Shown piece after piece: positions 1 through 9,990 of a DNA stretch of 64,000 bases. How positions within the stretch are numbered: position 1 is the first letter of the stretch; each line of letters begins with the position of its first letter. The stretch covers positions 1-64,000 of the forward strand of contig JAHQWW010000007.1 in NCBI GenBank assembly GCA_029856365.1. Reading direction: 5' to 3'. The stretch comes from Candidatus Hodarchaeota archaeon (GTDB lineage: Archaea > Asgardarchaeota > Heimdallarchaeia > Hodarchaeales > Hodarchaeaceae). The position numbers were made by a program, and so were the translations under genes. Below the pieces are notes generated by a model that ran no database searches, was not told where the DNA came from, and saw only the letters and a list, made by a program, of their open reading frames with translations.

Positions 1-1500
1 CATCTTGAGTTCCAAATAGGCTGCTCCCAAAGCCAGAATCCCTTCTAAGGTTTTTTCTAAATATTTTGCTGCCTTGGTTAACTGCTCTTCAGCTTTGGCG
101 GGAACAGCTAAAGGGCGTTTCTTATACAAATTCTTAAATATTAACCAAGATTTAAATAATCCTTTATAAGCAGGTATATTATCAGGCCCATATTGCAAGA
201 CCACTCCATAAACACGCACTGCATCAGAAATATACGTCGTATATTGCTTATCTATGAATAATTCTAAACTTAAATCTCCTATTTGCAGGTAAGTCTGGAT
301 TAGGTTCCTTATAGCTTTTTCTTTGTATTCATTATGTTCAGGGCCGAAATCTCTTGAAATAAACTCCAGATAAAAACGAGCAGCCTGTTTAAAATATGCA
401 ATTGCTATGTCTTTGTTTTTACTTATTTGTTCCTTTGCTTGCCTATAATAATTATTGGCATTTTCCAGCGGACTACTCGCGCCCGGACCTCTACCCGGTT
501 CAAGAGGGAATTCATTTTCAGGTAGAAGAGGGCTATCAACTATTCGAGCAATACGCCGTTCACCTTTTGATTTTCGAAGGTATACGCGTGTTTGAGCAGC
601 ATGAGCGACGATATGTCCTCCTACAGGATGAGTTGGGTCACCGAAAAATTGGTCGGGTTTGGCATGGACTTGGTTGGTGACTATAACAACAAGATTCCCG
701 ATCTCTGCAGCTCGTAAAATGGTATGAATGTGTTGATTGAGTTTTTGTTGGCGAGTGGCTAATGTTCCCCGACCCACATATTCTGCTCTGAAATGAGCAA
801 TCATTGAATCGACTACCAACAACTTAACATTTTCTGTGGGTAAATAATCTTTAATCATTTTTTCTACCAATACCATTTGGTGATCGGAATTATGGGCACG
901 TCCATGCAGAATGTTTTCTAATAACAAATCTTCATCTAGATCATCCTTCCATCGTGAGGCCATTGATAAAATGCGTTCTGGACGAAATGTTCCCTCACTA
1001 TCAACGTATACGACTTTAGGGTATTTATCACCATCTCGTAATCCCCCCTTTTCTCGTGGCAATTGAACAGTTACACAAAGCTGATGGGCTATCTGAGTTT
1101 TTCCGGTCCGAAATTCGCCAAAAAGCTCTGTAACAGTGCCTGTTTCGACCCCACCACCAAATAATTCATCTAATTTTTGGCTACCTGTAGTAACTTTAGC
1201 CAATTCTTTACGACGGGCCAATACCGATTTAGCGGTCTCAAAGTCAATATCAAGTGCTTCTCGTGCAGTTTCAATAATTTTTTTGACTGTTTTTTCCCCC
1301 ATACTTGCAATTGAGGTTAACTCTCCAATCGAAACTGTCGCAATGGATTCTAACGTGGAAAAACCTGCCTCTACCAATTTTGCTGCGGTAGAAGGCCCTA
1401 TCCCAGGCAAATCAGTGATTGATGTCACATGTTTAGTCTTTTCTCCAGCTTTTGCTTCGGCATCTGTTTCAGTCTTTTCAGATTTTTTCTTTGGTGTCAT
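1..1500 (-). CDS. radA: RadA recombinase (about 330 aa) continuing in frame into a >=170 aa TPR-like helical extension; runs off the window edge
   Basis: Manual translation from ATG at 1500 (absent from the ORF track because there is no stop). N-terminal HhH DLPGIGPSTAAKL, Walker A GEFRTGKTQ, YVDSEGTFRPER, Walker B LLVVDS, GRGTLATRQQKL, VTNQV, RIARIVDSP. No stop codon down to base 1. Confidence 0.93.
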   Translation of the reverse strand, partial: MTPKKKSEKTETDAEAKAGEKTKHVTSITDLPGIGPSTAAKLVEAGFSTLESIATVSIGELTSIASMGEKTVKKIIETAREALDIDFETAKSVLARRKELAKVTTGSQKLDELFGGGVETGTVTELFGEFRTGKTQIAHQLCVTVQLPREKGGLRDGDKYPKVVYVDSEGTFRPERILSMASRWKDDLDEDLLLENILHGRAHNSDHQMVLVEKMIKDYLPTENVKLLVVDSMIAHFRAEYVGRGTLATRQQKLNQHIHTILRAAEIGNLVVIVTNQVHAKPDQFFGDPTHPVGGHIVAHAAQTRVYLRKSKGERRIARIVDSPLLPENEFPLEPGRGPGASSPLENANNYYRQAKEQISKNKDIAIAYFKQAARFYLEFISRDFGPEHNEYKEKAIRNLIQTYLQIGDLSLELFIDKQYTTYISDAVRVYGVVLQYGPDNIPAYKGLFKSWLIFKNLYKKRPLAVPAKAEEQLTKAAKYLEKTLEGILALGAAYLELKM

Positions 1501-2015
1501 TATCTTACTCGTCCTAGAGGGAGATTCTCTCACAGGATAATAGAGAACTATCATTTTTTTGAATCCATGAACCCCTTAAATCTTTTCTGCTTTTGAGAAA
1601 TATAACGAAATTAGAAATATTAAGACAGAATTAAGGCTCTCTATCATTATTTTTTTTTACAATAAATTTAGCGTTATATGTCTTGAGTATTACAACTAGA
1701 ATACCCCCATGCTAGAAATAGATCAAGGATAATTGGTTTGGATTAATTATTTTTCACTAGGATTCCCTTCCAAACCCATCTAGTGCTTTATGAGTAAGAT
1801 AAATGTTCAAGCTTAATTAAAATAGTCCGTATGATACTTATTTAAGTGGTCTTAGATAATTGATTTTTCTCAAAACAGGTTCTCTACAAGAGATTAAATG
1901 CCCTTAAGAAAGATAATGTCTAAAAGTATAATGATTTTCTTGGGAATACAAAAATCCTTAAATCGTAAAATCTTAAATAATAAATCCCTGAGGTATGACT
2001 TGTTCATAGAGATTA

Positions 2016-2972
2016 TTGGTTGAAGAGAACGATAGAAAGGGATCGAACTTGACCAATCATATTATCACCCAATTTAAACTAATAAATTTCAGTATTTTCA
2101 CGAAAAAAAACCGTGGTGTCTCTCCTGTCTTAGCGACTGTCATAATATTCGGATTAATTATTACAGGAGTTATGATAACCTTTGTTCAAGTTATCCCATA
2201 TATAGAGCAGGCACAGAGCGAGGAAGCGATTGCAGCAGCTCGGAATAGTTTTTTAGAGCTTGACACCACAATTAAATCATTATTAAGCGAAAGTGGAACT
2301 CCTGGAGGTTTCCGAACTATTTTATTTTCTAAACCCTCGGGAATCGTTTATTTTATTGAAGACCGCTATTATTTTTCGTTACGATTATATGACCAGGATG
2401 ATAACATTGTCTATACAATCTTCGATGAACAAGAAGTTGGAGCCCTTGATTGGGTCTATAATAGCCCTCGATCGGTTCTACCTCGTGGGACCACAAAATA
2501 TTTAACTGGACCTGATCCCTATAAAACTCGTGACCCAATACTGTTGACAGGAACATTTTCTTCAACAGATTATCAAGATTTAACTAACCTAACATTGAGT
2601 CATCTTAATGATAAGAAACATCACATAACCTTAAACTATCGGATAGCTATTTATTTGACAATTTTGACACAACCAGAGCCAGAAATCCGCTTTGAAGTCT
2701 TTTTAATTTTACTCTCAGCAGATTTCGAAACCATCAACTCTCAATATCAGCAGATCGCAATTCATTCTAACTATAATTTTTCCACACCCTTTACTTTAAC
2801 GGATAATGACGGCTCAATTGGAGGTTTAGAGCTAGTATGGGACAATATCCAACCATCAGGAATATCTACTACGTCCATTTGGAGTACTCATTCGATCCAA
2901 GGCTTTAATGTTCAGTACTTCAATATAGTGGTACAAACATTGGTATATGAAATGGGTCTTTCAAAATCTTAA
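2016..2972 (+). CDS. Archaeal type IV pilin-like protein with class III signal peptide
   Basis: KKNRG/VSPVLATVIIFGLII motif (basic residues, G cleavage site, hydrophobic helix); true start probably downstream of 2016. Confidence 0.8.
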   Translation: MVEENDRKGSNLTNHIITQFKLINFSIFTKKNRGVSPVLATVIIFGLIITGVMITFVQVIPYIEQAQSEEAIAAARNSFLELDTTIKSLLSESGTPGGFRTILFSKPSGIVYFIEDRYYFSLRLYDQDDNIVYTIFDEQEVGALDWVYNSPRSVLPRGTTKYLTGPDPYKTRDPILLTGTFSSTDYQDLTNLTLSHLNDKKHHITLNYRIAIYLTILTQPEPEIRFEVFLILLSADFETINSQYQQIAIHSNYNFSTPFTLTDNDGSIGGLELVWDNIQPSGISTTSIWSTHSIQGFNVQYFNIVVQTLVYEMGLSKS

Positions 2973-2998
2973 GAAAAATATGATAATGGTAGTTTGAT

Positions 2999-3451
2999 AT
3001 GGCTTCACAATATATCACCTTTATGATCATCTTCATACTTGGCCTGAGTATGGTTTTAGTTACAAACAGCATGTTTGCAACTTTGAGTGATCAATTTCGA
3101 GAAAATATCGCTGAAGTTGAACTATCACAAATCCTAGATCTAATTCAGATGCAAATCCTGCAATCACTTCTTCTTCCCATGGACTCTAATCAAACAATCG
3201 ATCAACAATTAGAACTACCGATACTATTAGGGCAAAAATTTCAGTATTATATTGAAATTTATAATTCGAGTGACAATCAGATAATTCTTCACGGTTTTTC
3301 TACCGATGAAAAAATCAATCAAATAACCACCTTCTCAGTGGGAGCAAAATACATAATTCAAACCTCTGAATCATCATTTCAGAGTATAAACATGCTGCTT
3401 ACTTTACATATCGAAAAGAATGCAGACAAAGTTGTAATAACAATCTTATAG
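2999..3451 (+). CDS. Pilin-like / pilus accessory protein with N-terminal hydrophobic helix
   Basis: N-terminal TM helix followed by an amphipathic helix and beta-rich domain; lies within the pilus cluster. Confidence 0.6.
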   Translation: MASQYITFMIIFILGLSMVLVTNSMFATLSDQFRENIAEVELSQILDLIQMQILQSLLLPMDSNQTIDQQLELPILLGQKFQYYIEIYNSSDNQIILHGFSTDEKINQITTFSVGAKYIIQTSESSFQSINMLLTLHIEKNADKVVITIL

Positions 3452-3606
3452 GTATTAATTTCAATAAACTTACCAAACGACTATCATTAATTTAATAGAA
3501 AAGCCTAAATATAATAAACACTAAAAGATATTAGATTAAGTAAAATATTACACTTGAAAAAACAAATCTATTAGATCTAGTAAAAAAAAAGAGGAGCTAC
3601 AGACAG

Positions 3607-5115
3607 ATGTCTGAGTCAAGTAGTTTAATTCGAGAAACTTATCCTTTAATCCCTCCATTCAGTTATGCACTAGTTGCAACCGACCCTGAAACAAAACAGA
3701 CAAAATATACCGTGGTTGAAGTTCCTTTAAGTACAAAAGAGAATGACATCTTGGATATGATAAAAAATATTCTTGAGGAGGAATTGGATGTTGATTTTAA
3801 TGTGCTTAAAAACCCCGAAGTGGCACGTGACTATCTTCGATCGAAAGTAATTGGAATTGCCAAGGATTATGGGCTAAAACTAGATGAAAAGACATTTGAT
3901 AAAATCAATTACCATATTACTCGTGATTTTGTTGGTTTCGGGCCGATTGATGCGATGTTGAAGGATCATAATGTTGAAGATATCTCCTGTGATGGTGTAG
4001 GAATTCCTGTCTATATTTGGCATCGTAAATTTGAAAGTATCCAGACTAATGTAAAATTCGAAGAAGAAGATCTGCTAGATGCTTTTATTATCAAATTAGC
4101 TCAACGAGCTGGACGACATATTAGTGTAGCAAGACCTTTACTTGATGCTGCCTTACCAGACGGCAGTCGTCTTCAGTTAACATATGGGCGAGAAGTTACA
4201 CAACGCGGTAGCACATTCACTATTCGAAAATTCCGATCGGATCCATTAACCATCACTGATATGGTTATATTCAACACTATTGATGAAGATTTAGCTGCAT
4301 TCTTATGGTATGTCTTAGAAAATAGAAATTCTATTGTTATTGCAGGAGGAACTGCAGCAGGAAAAACCTCATTACTCAATAGTTTAGCTATGTTCATCCG
4401 ACCAGGAATGAAGATTGTTTCAATTGAAGACACAGCAGAACTTCATATCCCCCATGAGAATTGGATCCCTGCAGTTGCACGTGAAGGTTATGGCGGACGT
4501 GAAGCAGATGGTTCACGGAGAGGAGAAGTTTCAATGTATGATCTATTACGTGCAGCACTTCGTCAAAGACCTGATTACCTTTTTGTTGGAGAAGTTAGAG
4601 GGGCAGAAGCTTATAACCTCTTTCAAGCAATGGCTACTGGTCACACTGGAATGGGTACAATTCATGGAGACAGTGTATCGGGCACAATAAGACGTTTAGA
4701 GAACGAACCAATGAATATACCTCGAACATTAATTCAAACATTGAACCTAGTTCTTGTTCTTCGTAAAGTACGTCGTGGTGACAAACAAGTACGACGAGTG
4801 ATTGAGTGTACAGAAATCGTAGGAATTGACCCTGTAACTACTGAATTGATCACTAACAAAGTTTTTGGATGGAATGCTCGTGAAGATGCATTCATTAATT
4901 ATGGGCGATCCTATGCATTGGAAGGAATTCAGGAAGCACAAGGATTTACTGAAGCTCAAGCTTTTGATGAACTTGAAAGACGAAAAACAATCTTACGATG
5001 GATGGTTAAAAAGAAGTTAGCTCATTATACTCAAGTTTCTGAAGTTATAAACAGCTATTACCAGAATGCACTTGAAACAGTTGATCGAGCAAAACGTGAA
5101 TTGAAGTCGATATAA
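3607..5115 (+). CDS. Type IV pilus / type II secretion assembly ATPase (VirB11/ArlI-like)
   Basis: EDISCDG, FTIRKF, Walker A GGTAAGKTS, SIEDTAEL, LRQRPD, Walker B VGEVRG, AMATGH. Confidence 0.95.
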   Translation: MSESSSLIRETYPLIPPFSYALVATDPETKQTKYTVVEVPLSTKENDILDMIKNILEEELDVDFNVLKNPEVARDYLRSKVIGIAKDYGLKLDEKTFDKINYHITRDFVGFGPIDAMLKDHNVEDISCDGVGIPVYIWHRKFESIQTNVKFEEEDLLDAFIIKLAQRAGRHISVARPLLDAALPDGSRLQLTYGREVTQRGSTFTIRKFRSDPLTITDMVIFNTIDEDLAAFLWYVLENRNSIVIAGGTAAGKTSLLNSLAMFIRPGMKIVSIEDTAELHIPHENWIPAVAREGYGGREADGSRRGEVSMYDLLRAALRQRPDYLFVGEVRGAEAYNLFQAMATGHTGMGTIHGDSVSGTIRRLENEPMNIPRTLIQTLNLVLVLRKVRRGDKQVRRVIECTEIVGIDPVTTELITNKVFGWNAREDAFINYGRSYALEGIQEAQGFTEAQAFDELERRKTILRWMVKKKLAHYTQVSEVINSYYQNALETVDRAKRELKSI

Positions 5116-5125
5116 ACAAGATCTC

Positions 5126-6052
5126 TTGGAGAGTTTATTTTTGAGTAAAGTTATCAGAAGAGTCGGTTATCTGAGATTTGGTAAATTTCTAGAATCATGG
5201 ATTGAAAAAGGAAGTTTTGATAGGCTTAATAGAAGTCTAAAAAGAGCAGGTATGGATATTTCCATACGAGCTTACTTAGGAAGCGCTATTTTCAGTTCAA
5301 TACTAATAGGATTTTTCTCTTTTTTCTTAATAACATTGGGAAGCATTTTCCTTCTTCAAACCACAGATCCGACTGCAGACTTACAAAGCCAATTAATTCC
5401 ATCCATTCTAATTGGGGTGATCATTGGAGTAGTATGTAGTGTTCTAATATATTTACCATTTTTATATTGGCCTCAAATGAAAGCAACTGATCGTAAAATC
5501 TTAATAGAAGCGGGATTACCCTCAACAGCGTCATACCTCTCTGCTATGTCAAGTTCAGGCGTTCCCCCTAATAGGTTATTTTACTCTCTTGCAGGAGAAG
5601 CCTCAGTTGCTCCAGAAATTTCTAAAGAGAGTAAGAGAATTACCCGAGATATTGAGATCTTTGGGTACGATATTCTAAAGGCTTTACGAACCGCAAGTAA
5701 TAGGTCTCCCACTGAAAGATTCTCCAAATTCTTGGATGGAATGTCAGCTACTATTACTAGTGGAGGAGATTTAACCTTCTTTCTCTCCGCTGAAGCTAAA
5801 GCTTTAATGAAACTAAAAGAAGAAGAAACTAAGGAATTTATTGATCAATTAGGAGTATTAGCTGAGATTTTTATGATTTTAGGAGTAGTTGCCCCCTTAT
5901 TCTTCGTAGTAATTGCGGCTATTCTTTCTGTCATTACAAAGGATGCTATTACGGGGCTCGTTATTCTTATGTTACTATTAGCATACCTTATTATGCCTAT
6001 CTCATTAATGATAATGATTTTACTAATCTCTACTATTTCACGCGAAATATAA
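5126..6052 (+). CDS. Type II secretion system F / TadC-like membrane platform protein
   Basis: Multiple TM helices, YLSAMSSSG and DIEIFGYDILKAL...SGGDL pattern, directly after the ATPase. Confidence 0.9.
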   Translation: MESLFLSKVIRRVGYLRFGKFLESWIEKGSFDRLNRSLKRAGMDISIRAYLGSAIFSSILIGFFSFFLITLGSIFLLQTTDPTADLQSQLIPSILIGVIIGVVCSVLIYLPFLYWPQMKATDRKILIEAGLPSTASYLSAMSSSGVPPNRLFYSLAGEASVAPEISKESKRITRDIEIFGYDILKALRTASNRSPTERFSKFLDGMSATITSGGDLTFFLSAEAKALMKLKEEETKEFIDQLGVLAEIFMILGVVAPLFFVVIAAILSVITKDAITGLVILMLLLAYLIMPISLMIMILLISTISREI

Positions 6053-6074
6053 TACTAAAGGAGGTTTCAAAATA

Positions 6075-7076
6075 ATGGGAAAGTTAACGACAAAACGTGA
6101 ACAGCGAATCTGGATTATTTCAGTGATTCTCTGTATAATTGGATTAATTATTTCTTTTACCTTTTACGTTCCTGTTCTAGAACACATCTTTGACTTTATC
6201 GAAAATCCTCCTTCCCTCGCAAATCGTGATAATATAGATTCATATCTTTTTTCTATAAGAGAAGTGAGTCTTACCTCTGTATTTTCATTTGGTTTTATTG
6301 ACCTTTTAGATTTTACATTTTTAACAATTCTTGTTTTAATTTTCCTCCCAGCTTGGATCTATCATTCTGATCGAAGATGGCGTGATAACATTGATGATCA
6401 CATTCCTTCTTTGTTACGTGAGATTTCTGATGCTCAGAAGACTGGCCTTCCTTTACCAAGAGCAATTTTGGAAGCTTCAAAACATCAATATGGTGAACTA
6501 ACACCTGAATTAAAAAAAATGGCAGCCAAGATCAGTTGGGGAATCCCTTTTAGCAAAACTTTACGAACTTTAACTGAGACTGCTGATACTACACTAATGA
6601 AAAGAACTTCACTATTAATTTTAGAAGCAGAACGCTCTGGAGGAGCTATTGAGGATGTTTTTGAATCAGCTCACAAACATGTATCAGAAATATTAGGTCT
6701 AAAACGAGAACGCCTCGCAGCGATGAAACCCTATACTTGGATTATCTATGCATCCTTCATTGTATTTGCTTTTGTAATGATTATTCTACTTATAACATTT
6801 TTTCAAGGATTAGCAAATCAGATTGTTGATTCTGTAAGAGCAGAACAAGCACCTACGGCAGCATTGCCATTCTGCGTGGCAGGTTTACAATTGATCTTTT
6901 TTCATATGATGATTATTGAAGCTGTATTCGCAGGTCTCATTGCTGGAAAGATGGGTGAAGGAGATGCTAAAATTGGGCTTCGACATTCTTGTATTCTTTT
7001 AATTCTCTGCTACATTATGTTTAAAGCCATAATTATCGGACCAGAGATTCTTGGGTTTTTGGAAACGATCGCGTGA
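6075..7076 (+). CDS. Second T2SSF / TadC-like membrane platform protein
   Basis: IPSLLREISDAQKTGLPLPRAI, YGELTPEL, SWG, SGG, GLIAGKMGEG motifs. Confidence 0.9.
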   Translation: MGKLTTKREQRIWIISVILCIIGLIISFTFYVPVLEHIFDFIENPPSLANRDNIDSYLFSIREVSLTSVFSFGFIDLLDFTFLTILVLIFLPAWIYHSDRRWRDNIDDHIPSLLREISDAQKTGLPLPRAILEASKHQYGELTPELKKMAAKISWGIPFSKTLRTLTETADTTLMKRTSLLILEAERSGGAIEDVFESAHKHVSEILGLKRERLAAMKPYTWIIYASFIVFAFVMIILLITFFQGLANQIVDSVRAEQAPTAALPFCVAGLQLIFFHMMIIEAVFAGLIAGKMGEGDAKIGLRHSCILLILCYIMFKAIIIGPEILGFLETIA

Positions 7077-7543
7077 GGTTATTATTTATGGGAAAAGAAG
7101 AAAAAATGCTATCAGAATTACTAGAAAAAGTTTCAGCACTAGAAGATAAGCTAACCAACATGGAGTTTCTAATGGTTCAAGGTATGGGATCAGGAGGACC
7201 AACTCTCAAAACTCCATCCTTTTCATCCGCTTCTGCTCCGATAACTGGCCCTGTTGAAGTCGACTTAGCCCCTCTCGAGAGGAGAATATCTGAAATTGAA
7301 GGTAACGTCACAGAGATGATGAATAAACTTAATAACTTAGCAGACTTAACTTCCGCATTAAAGACAGAGAAAACACAGAAAGCAGATGAGTTAATTTCCC
7401 AAGCCACCTCTCTTTTGGAGAAAGGGCTTCAATTAACTGAATTAGAAACTACAATGCTCGAATTAAAAGATCGCATTCAGGAAATAGTTATTCAACTTGA
7501 AGTAGCCAATGTTGGTTCCTCGAATGATGAGGGCATGTCTTAG
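7073..7543 (+). CDS. Cytoplasmic coiled-coil protein in the pilus operon
   Basis: Heptad-rich helices separated by a G/S/P linker; overlaps the tadC stop. Confidence 0.6.
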   Translation: MRLLFMGKEEKMLSELLEKVSALEDKLTNMEFLMVQGMGSGGPTLKTPSFSSASAPITGPVEVDLAPLERRISEIEGNVTEMMNKLNNLADLTSALKTEKTQKADELISQATSLLEKGLQLTELETTMLELKDRIQEIVIQLEVANVGSSNDEGMS

Positions 7544-7574
7544 TATCCTTAAATGAGAATTTTCAGAAAGATAA

Positions 7575-8744
7575 ATGTGTAATAAAATGGTTTTTTCAAG
7601 ACTTAAAAAACGACGGTGTGGACAGATTAGAGCTGTCGACTTCGTGGTGAGTCTTTTTCTCTTCTTACTCATGTTATCACAGTTGATTTTGATTATCATT
7701 AATGTCCAATCTAGTATTAGAACAGGTACAATTGGAACCCTAACTTATGAGGAATTAGATATCTTTGGACGTAAATTACTTTTTGAGGAAGGAGATACTA
7801 ACTGGGGATATCTACAAAAGCTTCCAAGAACATTTGGACTTGCAGATTCAAATTCACATTCACTCTTGACTTTAGATAGCGCAAAAATAGCACGACTCAT
7901 TACTGGTACCTTTCTCCCTATATCACCTGTATCGGGATTCGATATGTATGACTATACAACTCTTAAGGAGACTGTAGGTCTGGAAAGGGAATATGATTTC
8001 AAATTGGGATTTTATCCTTTGTTAGAACCAGAAATAACTGTATCCACATCAGATTTTGCTCAAGTTAAAGTTACAGATACTTATAATGCTCCTATTTCTA
8101 ACGCTCAGGTTAATTTCTTTACCATTGATCTGACCAATGGAGATGTAATTTCAGAAGGATCAACACTAACAGACTCAAGAGGAGATACGACCCTCCAACT
8201 GTCAGATCCCACCAGAAATGATCCAAAGGGTGAACATATTGTATTTATTATTGTAGAAAAAGGTCCTCTCTGGGGAATGAATTGGGGATTCCACGATCCT
8301 ACATCTGAAACAGTTATTATCGGTTCAACTTCAACCACTGCTGTTTGGGGAGGAGGTATTAATACTTCCAGCCTGTTGATAACAGATAGACTGGAAGAGA
8401 CTCCTGATTCACATTTTCTCTCTATCATATATCAAAACAGTACATCGTGCTATTTCAATAAAACAATGGACTTATCTACGGCTTATGAGGGAAATGAAAC
8501 AGTTTCAATTCCTAATGAGGGATTAATTACTTTTTTCAGTATTGCAAGGATCAATGATGAATACCAAGTAGGAATAGGAACATATCCTTCAATTTTAGAT
8601 CGTGATTCAACTAGTGGAATATTTTATCAGGTATTTGGTGAGTTAATTCCTAATGAGAGAATCAAATCAATGCTATCAAGATTATACCCTATTATCGTCA
8701 GAGGTACATTGATGAGATGCCAACTTACCATCTGGAGAAGATAG
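7575..8744 (+). CDS. Large pilin-like protein (class III signal, GQ type) with Ig-like beta domain
   Basis: KKRRCG/QIRAVDFVVSLFLFLLML; beta-sandwich-like VKVTDTYNAPISNAQV...TDSRG. Confidence 0.7.
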   Translation: MCNKMVFSRLKKRRCGQIRAVDFVVSLFLFLLMLSQLILIIINVQSSIRTGTIGTLTYEELDIFGRKLLFEEGDTNWGYLQKLPRTFGLADSNSHSLLTLDSAKIARLITGTFLPISPVSGFDMYDYTTLKETVGLEREYDFKLGFYPLLEPEITVSTSDFAQVKVTDTYNAPISNAQVNFFTIDLTNGDVISEGSTLTDSRGDTTLQLSDPTRNDPKGEHIVFIIVEKGPLWGMNWGFHDPTSETVIIGSTSTTAVWGGGINTSSLLITDRLEETPDSHFLSIIYQNSTSCYFNKTMDLSTAYEGNETVSIPNEGLITFFSIARINDEYQVGIGTYPSILDRDSTSGIFYQVFGELIPNERIKSMLSRLYPIIVRGTLMRCQLTIWRR

Positions 8745-8748
8745 AACA

Positions 8749-9261
8749 ATGCAAAAAAATCGAGACCATGCCCATAGAGGCCAACTTCAAATCGCAGAAA
8801 CACTTGTTTCTGTGGCTTTAATGTTAGTTCTCGCTCTTCTCCTGATTAATGCGACTAACCAAACACTATCTCCCTATTCCAATCTTACAAGCATGGATCA
8901 ATCAGCAACAGATATTCTTATAGCTGCAGATGAAGCAGGGCTATTACGACCCGTAATATATCTTTATGGTGACACTAAATATGAAGCTGATTATTCTTCA
9001 TACAGAAGTCAACTGGAAGAATACATTTCCATTGTCGTCTCTGACAACATTGATTATGCATTAATTGCACATGAAATCAACAATAATACTGTAGAATCTA
9101 ATTATTTCAGCCCTATTGGCTCTTCAACAGCTATTTCAGCAATACAGCAAGGAGGAGAGGGAGTTGTTGCAAACTACCACTTAGGCTCCTTTACTTCCGC
9201 TACTTTTGGTCATTATTCCACACAATATCTTATTCAATTATATTTATGGGAGAAATTCTAG
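8749..9261 (+). CDS. Pilin-like protein (class III signal, GQ type)
   Basis: HRG/QLQIAETLVSVALMLVLALL. Confidence 0.75.
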   Translation: MQKNRDHAHRGQLQIAETLVSVALMLVLALLLINATNQTLSPYSNLTSMDQSATDILIAADEAGLLRPVIYLYGDTKYEADYSSYRSQLEEYISIVVSDNIDYALIAHEINNNTVESNYFSPIGSSTAISAIQQGGEGVVANYHLGSFTSATFGHYSTQYLIQLYLWEKF

Positions 9262-9984
9262 ATGGAGTTTTTAGGATTCATATACATGAAATATCGTCAC
9301 CGAGGTCAAATGTTCATCTTAGCAACAATGTTGATTGCAGTCTATATTGTTACGATGACGGCAGCTTTGATGAATCTTGGAGCTGAGCAAATCAAATTTG
9401 ATCGTGAATCAATACGAGAGCCATACTTAGATTCAAAGCGTGAAATTCAAAATTATTTAGAACTAATTCTCGCTGAGTATAGTAAAAATGGAACCACAAT
9501 AAAGAGTGCTACTATCGCGAAAACTAAAATCGAGGAATTCTTAGTAGGAATGGGGAGCTTCTATTTCACCCGTGGTGTCAATTTGAAAGTTCAATTACGC
9601 AATAATAACTTCAATATCATAGCAAAGCAATCCCCATATGAGAATATCTCTGATGGGGCTGTTTACACCAGTGAAATTCATGCAGAATTTAATTTGAGGA
9701 TGAGTTCTGTGTCCTCCACATTTAACATTGATGAATCCTTTACTATTGTCTTTGTTGGCCGGGCTGAAATTCAAGGGAATCGTATTATTGTTCAACAAAA
9801 GACTGAAAACCAGTTTGAATACATTGAAGCTGCGTCAGTCAATATCTTCAATGGTTCTAGTCGTTTTTTTCCTAATGTAAATCCAGATCAAACTGGAGTT
9901 TATTACTTTGAGGGGAAAAATAATCTAAATGATCTAGGAGTTCTCAATGTTACTTTAATGAATGGAGTTCAAATTCTCTCGTGA
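9262..9984 (+). CDS. Pilin-like protein (class III signal, GQ type)
   Basis: MKYRHRG/QMFILATMLIAVYIV; likely start at 9286. Confidence 0.72.
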   Translation: MEFLGFIYMKYRHRGQMFILATMLIAVYIVTMTAALMNLGAEQIKFDRESIREPYLDSKREIQNYLELILAEYSKNGTTIKSATIAKTKIEEFLVGMGSFYFTRGVNLKVQLRNNNFNIIAKQSPYENISDGAVYTSEIHAEFNLRMSSVSSTFNIDESFTIVFVGRAEIQGNRIIVQQKTENQFEYIEAASVNIFNGSSRFFPNVNPDQTGVYYFEGKNNLNDLGVLNVTLMNGVQILS

Positions 9985-9990
9985 GAGGAA

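Noticed and set aside
396-1540. Plus-strand ORFs 396-680 and 1136-1540
   Set aside because: Antisense shadows of radA, which occupies the minus strand
3607-7076. Archaellum (arl/fla) operon
   Set aside because: No ArlH, ArlF/G or archaellin-type genes; two TadC genes and GQ-type pilins fit a pilus instead
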